Of a stretch of DNA of 64,000 nucleotides, positions 29,951-40,754 are shown one piece after another. The DNA is from an uncultured delta proteobacterium (lineage in GTDB: Bacteria > Desulfobacterota > Syntrophobacteria > Syntrophobacterales > Syntrophobacteraceae): contig CAWEHK010000029.1 of the NCBI GenBank assembly GCA_963808625.1, positions 160,001 to 224,000 on the forward strand, in the 5' to 3' direction. The number at the start of each line of letters is the position of its first letter. The first letter of the stretch is position 1. The position numbers were made by a program, and so were the translations under genes. Under the pieces are notes generated by a model. It made no database searches, was not told the DNA's origin, and saw nothing but the letters and a program-made list of their open reading frames with translations.

Positions 29951-31184
29951 ATGATAACGGTGCCCAAGAGTGAGGTTGCCAATCGGCTCGTTGCATTGCA
30001 GTCCCTGCTGCAGAGGGAGGAAGTCGAGGCGGCGATCATCCGCCAAAATGCGGACCTGTTCTACTTTACCGGCACGGTGCAGGACGCTTACCTGATTGTG
30101 CCGGCGTCGGGAGCGCCGGTCTTCCTGGTCCGGCGGGATGTGGACCGGGCCGGGGAGCAGTCTCCGATCCGCCCGATCCGTTGCGCTCAAGAGCGTCAAG
30201 GAAGTCTCCCAGGCGGTCTTTGATGCCTGTGGCAGCGCCCCCCCGAAACGGGTCGGTCTGGAACTGGACGTCCTCCCTGCCAACACTTTTTTCTTTTTTG
30301 ATGAAAAGCTTTTTCCGAAGCAGCAGATTGTTGATATCAGCGGCCTCATCCGCCAGGTGCGCATGGTGAAATCCCCCTGGGAGCTTGACATGATGCGCCG
30401 TGCCGGGGGGGTCTCCCGGGCGGTTGCCGAGGCGGTGCCGCAACTGCTGCGGGAAGGGATAAGCGAGTTGGAGTTGAGCATCGGGCTCGAGGCTGTCGCC
30501 CGAAGAGCCGGTCACCTGGGGCTGATCCGCCTGCGCGGCTTCAACATGGACATGTATTTCGGGCACATCCTCTCGGGCCCTGAGGCGGCCATTCCCGCTT
30601 ACGGCGATGCGCCGACAGGCGGTCTCGGAGTGAGCGCCGCTTTCGGCCAGGGGGCCAGTGAACGCCGCATCAGGGCGGGCGAGATGGTGAGCGTTGACAT
30701 CATGATGAACTGCCAGGGGTACCTGAGTGACCAGACGCGAAACTTCTCCATCGGCCCGCCTCCTTCCAGGCTGGAGGAGGCGTACCGGTTCGTCCAGGAA
30801 ATCCACCGGCGCTTCCGCGAGGCGGCAAGACCGGGGGCCGTCACCGGTGAGCTCTATGAGCTGGTCTGGCATTGGGTCACGGAAGCCGGATGGGATGAAT
30901 GGTTTATGGGCTACGGCGCCGGGCGGGTAGCATTTATCGGCCATGGGCTGGGGATCGAAGTGGACGAGTTTCCGTTCATTGCGCAGGGGCAGAAACTGGT
31001 TCTGCAGGAGGGGATGACGTTTGCCTTCGAGCCCAAGTTCATCATGCCCGGCCTGGGTATCACCGGCCTTGAAAACACCTATGCGGTCACTTCCGGTGGT
31101 CTGGAATCGTTGAACACCGCGACCGAAGAGCTTGTCATCATCCAGCATGCCGAAGATCAATTTCTTGCCGATTTTCATGCCTGA
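29951..31184 (+). CDS. Xaa-Pro peptidase family (M24) protein, frameshift ~30182
   Basis: DLFYFTGT N-terminal domain; SDQTR, GHGLGIEVDE, FEPK, GLEN. Confidence 0.9.
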
Positions 31185-31212
31185 CGATAGAACGGGTAAC
31201 ATTGGGATGTCA

Positions 31213-31260
31213 TTCTGACTTCTGACTTCTGACTTCTGACTCCTGACTGCTGTCTTCTGC
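31213..31260. repeat. heptamer array (TTCTGAC)n
   Basis: Seen directly in the sequence. Confidence 0.9.
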
Positions 31261-31274
31261 CATAAAGAAAGAGG

Positions 31275-33528
31275 TTGTTTTTGCACATTTTCCTCCAAAT
31301 CATCCTGCTGACGCTGTTCATCTTCGCCTCGCTCTCTTACGGCGCGGTCCACTCCTGGGCATATTCGATTGTCTTTGGCGTTACCTTCCTGTTGTGTGCG
31401 GTGGTGTTTTTGCAATCCGGCCTCGCTGTGCTGAGGGGAGGACGGCGTGGAGAAAGTGAACACACAGCGTTATTTTCACCGCTTCGAGGGCCATTTGTAA
31501 TTTTTCTTGCCGCCTTCATTTGTTACATCCTGTTGCAGCTTACGCCGTTGCCCGGTTCGCTCCTGAAGGGCCTGTCGCCTTGCACCGCTTATCTTTATGG
31601 CCAGGTCCACGAGCTCACTGCCGCGGGGGTTGGAGGCATAGAACCGGGCCGTCTGGGTGGCGGTTATCTCAGCCTCGACCGGGATAAAACCATCAAGAGC
31701 CTCCTCGCCTTCGCCGCTTACCTGGGATTTGCCTTCCTCGTCACGCGGGCGGTTCGGGGGTCTCGTGATGCGAATCGCTTCGCCCTGGTCATCATCATTT
31801 TTTCCGCCGGGCTCTCTCTTTACGGGCTGCTCAGCCTCTTTTATGCCTCCCCCAAGATTGCCGGATGGAAGAATCCTTTCAGCACCGGGAGCAGGGTGTC
31901 GGCGACCCTGGTCAATGCCGATCATTTTGGCAGCTTCCTGCTCATGGCGATTTATCTCACGCTTGGCTATCTGGCCGCCTTCCTCAAGAAGTTGCCGCCA
32001 ACCGTGGAGGGAAGCCGCCGGCAGCGCTGGATGAGCATCCTCAATGCCGAAGAGGCCTATATCCCCAAGGCGTTTCTCCTCCTTTTCCTGATGGCCGTGA
32101 TGGTAATGGTCTTGCTCTACACCCTGTCGCGGGGCGCAGTCACCGGCTTATCCATATCCCTGGTTTTTTGCTTTCTGCTGCTCTTTCTCAAGACCAGGAG
32201 ACCGGTTTTTCTGCTGTTCATCATTCCGCTGGCCCTGTTTGTCGGCTACTACATCCAGGCGGTGGGCGTCGATCCTCTTTTGCAGCGGATCGAGCAAACG
32301 AAAAAGGAGCTGCTCGAGCTGGATGAAAATGCCCGCACCCAATTCTACGTTGCGGGTCTTGAGCTCTGGCGAAAATTTCCCTGGTTTGGGACCGGCCTGG
32401 GGTCCTTTGAAGTCGTCTACCCGATGACCGCGCCGGAGGTTTACAAGGGTTGGTACATTCCATACGTCCACAATGACTGGCTGCAATTGGCCGTTGAGAC
32501 CGGCTGGACAGGGGCGGTCCTGTTTCTTCTGGCAGTGGGGCGTCCTGGTCAGGATTATCCGCCGCTGGTGGCGGACCGAGGAGCGCTGGGGTTTTGGCTT
32601 TGGGCTGGCGGCTTTTGGGGCGGTGGTGGCGGAGGGAATTCACTCACTCGTGGATTTTGGCCTGAGAACATCAGTCAATGCGATTTTCCTGTCGCTCCTG
32701 GTTTCCCTGTCGCTGGCGGCACTTGATGCCGAATTTGGAAGCAGGAAGAAGCCGACTTCTAACTTCCCCAAGAAGAGGTTTCTGTTCACCGGCTCTGTTT
32801 TCTTCCTCGTATCGCTCGCTTCTGCTTTAGCAGGAATCGAGATAGGCCGCTATGCTCTGGCTGAATACTCCAGCCCGACCGAGATCAATACCGTTAGCAG
32901 GAGGGATTATGAATGGAGTGGAGAGAGGGTGGAAAAGGCCTTGAGTTTGAACCCACTCAACGGAGACTACTGGCTGCGCCTTGCTGAGCTCAGGATCTGA
33001 CCGAAGAGGAAGCCAACCATGCGCGAGGCCGCCGGTTCGCCTCGTGCTGCCTCAGTGCCGCTGGAGGGACAGCCTGGTTGCAGGGATAAACAATCTGACC
33101 ACGATGCCGTCGTGGACGGTATGTTCGCCAGGGCTATCAGCCTGTCACCCGCTGAGGGGGAGTTCTGGCTGGCATGGGGGAGCCGTCTCTGGGAGAAAGC
33201 GAAGAACGGGGATGCACCGGCAAATCGCCTTCTGGATCATGCCGCTCGATGCTATGAAATGGCAGTCGAGCTGCGCCCCAAAGTGCCTTCCGTTCATGAG
33301 CGCGCCATTGCCTATTTCCTCTGGTACCGGCAGTGGTTGGTCAACGAAAATGCTTCGGAATCCGTGATTCAGGCAAGGGCCCTTGCGCCCCTGAAGAAAA
33401 GCCTCGGGTATTTGATTGCGAACAATCCCGATTATCGCAAAATTCTCGGCCCGGTCCTAAAAGAAATGAACCTGCCCGAGTCGGAACTCGAACAGGTTCT
33501 TGCTGAGCTACAGCAGCCTTCAAACTGA
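31275..33528 (+). CDS. O-antigen ligase/O-oligosaccharyltransferase-like protein with a TPR-like C-terminus (frameshifts ~32540, ~32995)
   Basis: ATLVNADHF, TLSRGA, GTGLGSF, HNDWLQ, HSLVDF; helical ALSLNPLNGDYW repeats. Confidence 0.8.
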
Positions 33529-33557
33529 GTTTCGGGCTGCATTTCCTCGACGCAGGG

Positions 33558-33896
33558 CTATCTAATAGGGCTCGGTGTGGAGCAGCAGCCGGTGCATCTT
33601 CTCACAATATCGTAATCGATTTGATTGACAACACCGTCGCCGTTCAGGTCGTATTTTTTGCAGCCGGCTGTCTTCCAGCACCGGTAAACGAGCTGTACGT
33701 CTGTCGCAGTAACCGTTCCATCACCGTTGACATCCGCACCGCACGTTCCGTAACAGTCGAAACATGTGGTGTAGTTATTGGGGTTATAAGGGTCTTTGCA
33801 TACTGCAAAAGCCTCATTTACCCCGCACGGTATGCCGCTGAGGAATAGGGCGCCAAGCAGAGCTCCCAAAATGATAAAAACCCCAGACCTTTTCAT
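33558..33896 (-). CDS. small secreted Cys-rich dockerin-like protein
   Basis: Signal peptide; two Ca-binding repeats, DVNGDGTVTATD and DLNGDGVVNQID. Confidence 0.8.
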   Translation of the reverse strand: MKRSGVFIILGALLGALFLSGIPCGVNEAFAVCKDPYNPNNYTTCFDCYGTCGADVNGDGTVTATDVQLVYRCWKTAGCKKYDLNGDGVVNQIDYDIVRRCTGCCSTPSPIR

Positions 33897-33923
33897 CTGA
33901 ACCTCCTCCCTCAGCCCCGGCGA

Positions 33924-35015
33924 TCACCTGACTTTCGCGCAGATGCAGCCATTCTTCATACAGGCCGTCAGGACCTCATAATCTGTCATATCAACAAAAC
34001 CGTCTCTATTTATGTCCATCGTCGGGTCGCCACAATTTGTTTTAACGCATCTCAACAGAACCGCAGCCTCTCTAGCGGTCAGCGTCCCGTCTTTGGCAAA
34101 CTCAAAATTCAGCGCCAAACAGTCCGCAGGACATCCTTGTGCGGCTACCGATCCGGCAGACAGCATCAGGAGGGATGGGGTGATGCAAAGTACGGCGATC
34201 AACAAGAGCGTGGGGAAATTACGCCTGGTGCTTCGGTACCTCGAAATCACCAGAATGAAGGATGCGGCAAGGACAAGGGCAAAGATCACCGTTCCATTAC
34301 CCGAGAATGCTGGAACACCGGGCGGTGGAACAATGCAGATCCTCGGTGGACGGTTCACGATCGTCAGCGGATATTGCGTGAAAACATCATCATCTGGAGT
34401 ATCGTCGCAGCCATTGACAAAGCTTGGACAATCAGCATCAGGCGTGAACATTTCGAAACACTCCCCGACACCGGCAATGGCTTTAAAAGTAAGGGTCGAC
34501 ACGAGCTTTGGCTCGTTGAACGGGACCGGCTCCGCGCAGGGAGCACCGTTGATGCCATAGCCGGCAATGTCGATCCACTTGATGTTCGCCACACCTGGCG
34601 GAGGTCCGGGGATTGGCTGGTACTGACAGCCTTCGCAGGCATTGAGGCCTATCGGCCAACCCGGAGCAGTGCAATCGTCAGAGCAGGTTGGCCTGAAAAA
34701 GGTCCCCGCCGGCGGGGTGGGGGTCGTACAAAAATCAGGACCTGTAGCACAGGCCGGATCAGCCGGCGCCGTGCAGGGTATGTCCAGGGGTACCAGGCTG
34801 AAGATAGCCTCGTCATAGTCGATACAGTACTGGTAGCCGCAGACATTGTTCGGTGGGGGGCTGTTAACATCCAGCATCACCGTAACCGTGAACGGTTGGC
34901 CAAGCTCCACGATCGTCGGATGATCGATGATCAAATTGACGCTGGCCAGTGCATAGCCTGGAAGGAATAACGCAAGTAAAAAAACAATGCACAATAATTT
35001 TCTCATTTTCACCAT
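33924..35015 (-). CDS. secreted cohesin-like protein with an internal IPTL-CTERM-like anchor and a C-terminal dockerin-like domain
   Basis: GQPFTVTVML..GYQYCIDYD..LVSTLTFKA; VPAFSGNG+TM+RYR; second signal ..SVAAQ; DINRDGFVDMTD. Confidence 0.7.
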   Translation of the reverse strand: MVKMRKLLCIVFLLALFLPGYALASVNLIIDHPTIVELGQPFTVTVMLDVNSPPPNNVCGYQYCIDYDEAIFSLVPLDIPCTAPADPACATGPDFCTTPTPPAGTFFRPTCSDDCTAPGWPIGLNACEGCQYQPIPGPPPGVANIKWIDIAGYGINGAPCAEPVPFNEPKLVSTLTFKAIAGVGECFEMFTPDADCPSFVNGCDDTPDDDVFTQYPLTIVNRPPRICIVPPPGVPAFSGNGTVIFALVLAASFILVISRYRSTRRNFPTLLLIAVLCITPSLLMLSAGSVAAQGCPADCLALNFEFAKDGTLTAREAAVLLRCVKTNCGDPTMDINRDGFVDMTDYEVLTACMKNGCICAKVR

Positions 35016-35092
35016 GATCTTCCCTCCCCTTTTATGGAAAGACGAACCGTGCAAGAACCCACCTCCTGAAGACAAAGGTAGCGGCCTTGTTC

Positions 35093-35137
35093 TGTAGGAG
35101 GGGACTTCCAGCCCCGATCGGCTGGAAGCCCCCTACA
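35093..35137. repeat. GTAG-type REP-like palindrome
   Basis: tgtaggaggggacttccagcc..ggctggaagccccctaca. Confidence 0.6.
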
Positions 35138-35155
35138 AATGGGGTTCCGATTAAC

Positions 35156-37468
35156 TTACGTCGAAATCTCATCGGACGCAATGCTTTTTCTGTGTTTTTT
35201 CTTCTTTCCCCAGAGGCCTCTTTTGCCCTGCTCCTCCTCCTCATAGCCGCCGTAAAGGTAATAATAATAATCGTAGTAGTAGTAACCACCCTTGCCGATC
35301 ATGACTTTATTCAACACAGCCCCGGTGACCTTGGCATTGAGGTCTGCCATCAGTCGGACCGCGCGCCGTCCTGCCTGACGAGTGGTCTCGCCGGCTTTCA
35401 AAACAAGCACGGTGCCGTCAACGACCGGGGTCAACACGGCCGAGTCGGTTGCCACCAGCAGCGGAGGAGAATCGATGATGATGCGGTCATACTGCTGCCG
35501 CAATGCTTCCAGAAGCGTACGCATGCGCCGTGATCCCAGCAGTTCCGAAGGGTTTGGCGGAATCGATCCGCAGCAGATGACATCGAGATTGATGTCAGGG
35601 ATCTTGTGAATATAGTCCTGGGGTTCCAGTTTCTTGCCGACGAGCATGGTGGACAAGCCCGGTTCACGGGGAAACCCGAACATGCTGTGGATCTTGGGGC
35701 GACGCAGGTCACAATCCATGATTAAAACGCGATTCCCGGCCTGGGCCAGCACGATCGCAAGGTTGGCGGCGGTGATCGTTTTTCCTTCGCTTTTCCCTGG
35801 ACTTGTCACCAGCAGCACCTGCGGCGGAACATCAGCCGAGGAGAGCAGAATGCTTGTGCGCAAAGCCCGATAGGCTTCGGCCCCCATCGACTGGGGATTG
35901 GCGAGGGCTACCACGGGCCCGCCGCCCGCTTCTTTCGCTTTGCCATTGAGCGAAATACTCGGGACCGCACCGAGGTAGGTAAGACCCAGGTGCTGCTCGA
36001 TCTGTTCCGGCTTGCTCACCGTGTTATCGAGGTATTCCAGCAGAAACGCGAGGCCGATGCCCAGTGCCAGCGCAATGGAAAGCCCCATCAATAAACCGCG
36101 CTGCACATCGGGACTGCTTGGTGCCCCGGGTATCGCCGCCCGCTGAATGATCGTCGCGCTGGGACTCCTGGAAAATTCTTCCGTCAGGCTTGTTTCTTTG
36201 AGCCGGTTCAGAACGACGTCATACACCTTCTCATTGCTTTCGACCTCCCGCTTGAGGGTAAAGTACCTCACGGTGCGTTTTTGGAGGTCTTCCAGTTCAT
36301 TCTGCATGCTGTCCCGGGCCTGGGTAATTGATTGCTCCTGGAGCCGCGCCGCCTCATACTGGAGCTTCAAAGAATTGACGATCTTCTGAATCTCCTGGCT
36401 CTTGGCATTGCGGAGGCTCGCGATCTGGCGCTCCAGGGCCATAATCCTGGGGTGGCTGCTGCCATATGTGGCGGAAAGTTTGATTGCTTCCTGCTCCAGT
36501 TGAATTTCCTGGTTGCGGAGGTCACCGAGGACTTTGTTGGTCATGGCCTCGGGTATGGTATCGATGAGGTTGGGTGAGGCAACAAGGCTGAGGATTTGCT
36601 TGTACCTCATTTCCAGAGTCGCGGTGTTTTCCTTCGCTGTCCTGACTTTTTCACCCATGAGCTTGACTTCTTCATCGAGCTTGGTGCCGCGTTTTTCATC
36701 GACGCTCAGGATGCCAAACTTATTCATGAATTCGTAGAGCTCGATGCGCGATTTATCGAGATCGACCTGTTCGTCCTTCAACTCCCGCTGCAACCACTGA
36801 ATTGCCCCCTGAACCGACCCTAAGCGGCGGTCCAGGCGGTCTTTGATAAAGGTCTCGGCCACGGCGTTTGCGATCAGGACCGCTTCGTAGGGATCAGGAC
36901 GGGTAACGGATATCTGGAGGATCTCAGTTTTTGCCACGAGGCCCACTTTAAGGCCGCCCGCTATGGCTTGAGGCGTGTAGGCTGGTTTTTTACCCGCCTC
37001 CTGATCCTGAGCATCTCCCTCGGTTTTGTCGGTCTTCGAGGCACCGGAAGGAGTGAGCTTTTCCCGAAAGAGGTTGGTGACAGTGCGAATGCTGGAGAGA
37101 AGCTCGTGATAAGGCTCGCGGGTGTAGGCCGCACCGTAGTCACTTTTCTCGAGGTCAGCGCTTGACCGAGACTGATCGTTCAACTGCTTCGCGACCCGTT
37201 CGAGAAAATCTTGCGCCGTCATGAGGAGGATCTGCGTTTCAATATAGCTCGGCATATCATAAAACGGGTACGCTAACTGACTCCCGAACACCTGCGGGGT
37301 CTTTTCCATGAGCACCTGACATGACGTGGTAAAAAGGGGCGTCATCGCAGAGACGACGATTAAAGTTGAAAGGGTCACTACGAGCACCACGCTCAATACC
37401 AGCCAGCGCCGCTTCATCACGATGCGGAGGTAATCCGTCCAGTGCAGTTCAATTTGCTCGTTAAACAT
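35156..37468 (-). CDS. wzc: polysaccharide co-polymerase / tyrosine autokinase (Wzc/GumC)
   Basis: Wzz domain, coiled coil, AEAYRALRT, Walker A SEGKT, DCDLRRP, PPNPSELL, C-terminal Tyr cluster. Confidence 0.95.
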   Translation of the reverse strand: MFNEQIELHWTDYLRIVMKRRWLVLSVVLVVTLSTLIVVSAMTPLFTTSCQVLMEKTPQVFGSQLAYPFYDMPSYIETQILLMTAQDFLERVAKQLNDQSRSSADLEKSDYGAAYTREPYHELLSSIRTVTNLFREKLTPSGASKTDKTEGDAQDQEAGKKPAYTPQAIAGGLKVGLVAKTEILQISVTRPDPYEAVLIANAVAETFIKDRLDRRLGSVQGAIQWLQRELKDEQVDLDKSRIELYEFMNKFGILSVDEKRGTKLDEEVKLMGEKVRTAKENTATLEMRYKQILSLVASPNLIDTIPEAMTNKVLGDLRNQEIQLEQEAIKLSATYGSSHPRIMALERQIASLRNAKSQEIQKIVNSLKLQYEAARLQEQSITQARDSMQNELEDLQKRTVRYFTLKREVESNEKVYDVVLNRLKETSLTEEFSRSPSATIIQRAAIPGAPSSPDVQRGLLMGLSIALALGIGLAFLLEYLDNTVSKPEQIEQHLGLTYLGAVPSISLNGKAKEAGGGPVVALANPQSMGAEAYRALRTSILLSSADVPPQVLLVTSPGKSEGKTITAANLAIVLAQAGNRVLIMDCDLRRPKIHSMFGFPREPGLSTMLVGKKLEPQDYIHKIPDINLDVICCGSIPPNPSELLGSRRMRTLLEALRQQYDRIIIDSPPLLVATDSAVLTPVVDGTVLVLKAGETTRQAGRRAVRLMADLNAKVTGAVLNKVMIGKGGYYYYDYYYYLYGGYEEEEQGKRGLWGKKKKHRKSIASDEIST

Positions 37469-37484
37469 CTATGGCTGCTCCCGC

Positions 37485-38480
37485 CTAGAATAAGCTTTCA
37501 GGAACGATGATCATATCGTTCTCTTCCAGATAAACGGTCTCTTTCTTGCCGCCCTTCATCATGTCGCCGACCCGCACGCGAATTTCCTGTTCGATTCCTC
37601 CCGCCACGCGGTAGATCCACACCTTGTTCTTGGCGGCGATGGGCGTGAACCCTCCAGCCTGGATGATGGCTTCGAGGATGCTCGTCCTGCGGTAGCTGTC
37701 GAGCGTGTAAATCCCGGGATTCTTGACCTCACCCATGATCATGTAGCGAAAGGCCCTCGGCATGTAGATAATGTCCTCATCCCTGAGGAGGATATTCGTC
37801 GCGGGGTCCTTGCCCCGAATGAGATCGTTGAGGTTGATTTCGATGGCGAGCTTGGATGCGGGACCCGCCTTGCGTACCACAAAAATCTTGGTGCTGTCCT
37901 TGGTGAAATCGACTCCACCCGCCTCGGCGATGACATCCAGCAACCTTTGATTGGCCTTGAGATAATACTGTCCGGCCTTGCCGATAGCTCCAAAAACCTT
38001 GATATTACGGCTCTGGATTTCAAGGAGGGTGACGTTGGCTTCGGGGTTGTTCAGGATCCTTCGCTCGAGGGCAGACTGTTTTACGGTCCGGGCAATTTCG
38101 TCAATCGTCATGCCGGCGACCTGGACCTTGCCGACCAGCGCCAGGTTAATGTTGCCGTCGGGCAGGACCGTAAACTTCCCGGACAGGTCCGGTGCTTCGA
38201 AGAAGTCTACCTGGATGACATCCTTTGGGCCGACCCGGTAGAAAGCCAGAGAATCTCTTTCTTCGGGCTCACTTCGCAGGTAGTCGTGGACATCGATCCG
38301 GGTGACCCCTTCGAGCTCTTCCGTGAGCCTCAGTTCGTCCGGCGCCTGGTCCTTCCTGAGCTCCTGCAAGCCCTTTTCCCGCAGCCCACCCACCGCCTGC
38401 TTGTCCGACAGCGTCTTCGTTTTAACGATACCTGATCCTGCACATCCCGCTGAGATCAGAACAACAAGTGCGAAAATAGT
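37485..38480 (-). CDS. wza: polysaccharide export lipoprotein (Wza-like, SLBB domains); its 5' end runs into a heptamer array
   Basis: YRVGPKDVI, DGNINLALVG, GEVKNPG, IIVPESLF. The in-frame h-region and lipobox TIFALVVLISAGC have no nearby start codon. Confidence 0.88.
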   Translation of the reverse strand, partial: TIFALVVLISAGCAGSGIVKTKTLSDKQAVGGLREKGLQELRKDQAPDELRLTEELEGVTRIDVHDYLRSEPEERDSLAFYRVGPKDVIQVDFFEAPDLSGKFTVLPDGNINLALVGKVQVAGMTIDEIARTVKQSALERRILNNPEANVTLLEIQSRNIKVFGAIGKAGQYYLKANQRLLDVIAEAGGVDFTKDSTKIFVVRKAGPASKLAIEINLNDLIRGKDPATNILLRDEDIIYMPRAFRYMIMGEVKNPGIYTLDSYRRTSILEAIIQAGGFTPIAAKNKVWIYRVAGGIEQEIRVRVGDMMKGGKKETVYLEENDMIIVPESLF

Positions 38481-38742
38481 TGATAGTTGATAGTTGATGG
38501 TTGATGAGGGGCGGTTGATGAGGGGCGGTTGATGGTTGATGAGGGGCGGTTGATGGTTGATGGTTGATGGTTGATGAGGGGCGGTTGATGGTTGATGGTT
38601 GATGGTTGATGAGGGGCGGTTGATGGTTGATGGTTGATGGTTGATGAGGGGCGGTTGATGGTTGATGGTTGATGGTTGATGGTTGATGGTTGATGGTGGA
38701 CTGGTTGATGGGTGATAGTTGATGGTTGATGGTTGATGGTTG
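38477..38742. repeat. long heptamer array (TTGATGG)n with interspersed TTGATGAGGGGCGG, ~38 units
   Basis: Seen directly in the sequence. Confidence 0.97.
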
Positions 38743-38876
38743 AAGAGGGGAACCGCCGTTGTTTGTTTGGGATTTCAAACATTGGTGCACCAATATTACG
38801 TTCTGATAAATTCATATAGTCTGCCATGCTTCCTTCGCCTACCACCGATTGACTGTCAAAATTCCGCAACCCAAAA

Positions 38877-38967
38877 TCCACCATCCACTATCCACCATCA
38901 ACCATCAACTATCCACCATCAACTATCCACCATCAACTATCCACCATCAACTATCAACCATCCACCT
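38877..38967. repeat. heptamer array (CCATCAA/CTATCCA)n
   Basis: Seen directly in the sequence. Confidence 0.95.
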
Positions 38968-39318
38968 GGTACTTCCGAAGCGCACTGATCTTCTTGGCGA
39001 TGAGCTCAGTTTATCCCTCAAACCATAGAAAAGATCTTCAGCCAGGTAACCCAATTCTCTGGCAATAATGAGCTGGCACAAAACCTCGGTCAATGATCCG
39101 TAGGCAATCTGAGAGAAGTGCGCCTGGTCTTTCTTTGATGTCCGGCTCGCGCCTTCCGCCAGGTTGGATGCAACCGAAACGGCCGCCCGTTGGATTTGAC
39201 TCACAAGCCCGTACCTCTCGGACTCAGGGAAGAGCCGAGTAGCTCTGTAAATCCCTATGACCAAATCCTTGGCTAATTGCCAGACCTCAAGCTTTTCAAA
39301 CGGAAACAAGTATTCCAT
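38954..39318 (-). CDS. four helix bundle protein (frameshift near the 3' end, ~39010)
   Basis: FPFEKLEVWQLA..FPESERYGLVSQIQRAAVSVASNLAEG..IAYGSLTE; the shifted frame gives ELIAKKISALRK. Confidence 0.92.
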
Positions 39319-39328
39319 ACTTTTAGAA

Positions 39329-39424
39329 CCCATCAACCATCCACCATCAACCATCAACCATCAACCATCAACCATCAACAATCAACTATCAACCATCAAC
39401 CCTCCACCATCAACCATCAACTCA
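39329..39424. repeat. heptamer array (CCATCAA)n
   Basis: Seen directly in the sequence. Confidence 0.95.
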
Positions 39425-40739
39425 ATAACTCAATCCAACGCTGGCGGTCACCGAATTTTCCGAGTAGCTCAGTCCCGTTGCCTGGGTGTTACGCTTCTGA
39501 AAGTTGTAGCCAAGGCCCCAGGAGAGGTAACGTCTGAGTTGGTGAGTAAAGTTTATGCCCGCATTGTAATACTGGTCCATCCGGTCTTGGTAGCGAGCCG
39601 TATTGGCATACTGATCCAAATAGGTGCTCGCGGCAAGGATAAAGGTCAGGTTCGGCCTGGTCCTCGTGGTGATGGTAAAGCCGATGGCATTGCGGGTGTA
39701 ACTGTCCTGGACAATGTCCATTCTCCCGCTATACGGGTCGAGGTCTCCGCTGATTTGAAAGTCGCGATAAATATTGAAATCCGCGTCAGTCTTCGGCGAG
39801 ACCATGTAGTGCAAATTCAACGAATAAACGGGAGCACTGGTGCTTTGATAGGGAGCGCCCACCAGGTTGAAGTCATTGACAAACTGCCTCCAGGCATAAC
39901 CGCCCTTCACTTCGCCGCTGAGCCGCGTGGTGGCTGCCCACCTGAAGCCGGCCAGGACTTCCTGCACCGAGTAGTCCGCGGAAAACGCGGACGGCTGCTC
40001 ATAATAGTGGGTAAAGCTGTAGCTGTATTGAGCAAGCAATTTGGTCTTTCCGGTAAGCTCGTAGAGCAGCGTTGGCCTGAGGGTGTTCACGACGTTGGAC
40101 CACTCGGTGTAGCCGTTGCCGTCGTCGAGATAGTTTGACCAGGCGTTCTGATAATTGAGCTCGACGACGTAATTGCGGGGGAGCTGGCGCCCGACAACGA
40201 AATCGGCCTGGTTGAGAACGCGGGCGTTAGCCACGCCCTGCCCGACGAATTGCTCGTTGCCGAAGGGATTGTCGGTATAAGTAACGGCTTCGCGGAGGCG
40301 CATATAAGTCGTTTCCCGCTGCAACAGGTTGACATCGGCCCATAGCGTGTGGCGGATGTAGTTATTTTCGGTGATCTTGGTATAAGCACCGAGGTCTCCA
40401 TCATATCCGAAGGTGACATACTCCTTTAGCTTCTGCGCTTTCGCCAGGGTAAAGGTCAAAGTTGGGTCGATGGTCAATAAGAAATCCGAAGTCTGGTCCC
40501 CACTCCGCATCTGGGGATTGTCGGTGTAGGTGCCGTTCAACGCCACCCCGGGCTTGAGTCGGAAGGGACCCACTTTGATGCCGCCTTCCTGGGTCGCTTG
40601 CTGATAAACCTCATAGGCCTCGCTCACGGCGAGTGGATTTTCAAAACCGAAGGGATAGGTAAAACCCTGAGCACCGGCTCCGCCGGCACTGAGCAAGACA
40701 CGCAAAAAGAATGATGAACCTCAACAAAATCGTTCTCAC
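39422..40739 (-). CDS. outer-membrane beta-barrel protein of the EPS export locus (BBP2/EpsX-like); signal peptide frameshifted in a T-run
   Basis: Alternating beta pattern, YTDN, terminal SENSVTASVGLSY, located upstream of wza. Confidence 0.75.
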
Positions 40740-40754
40740 CCTTCAGCCCCACCT

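Noticed and set aside
38422..38884. PSTINHQ / LLPTPYS repeat 'proteins' (also 29153-29446, 40711-41058, 43093-43622, 52224-53024)
   Set aside because: Translations of stop-free heptamer arrays; not credible as independent genes.
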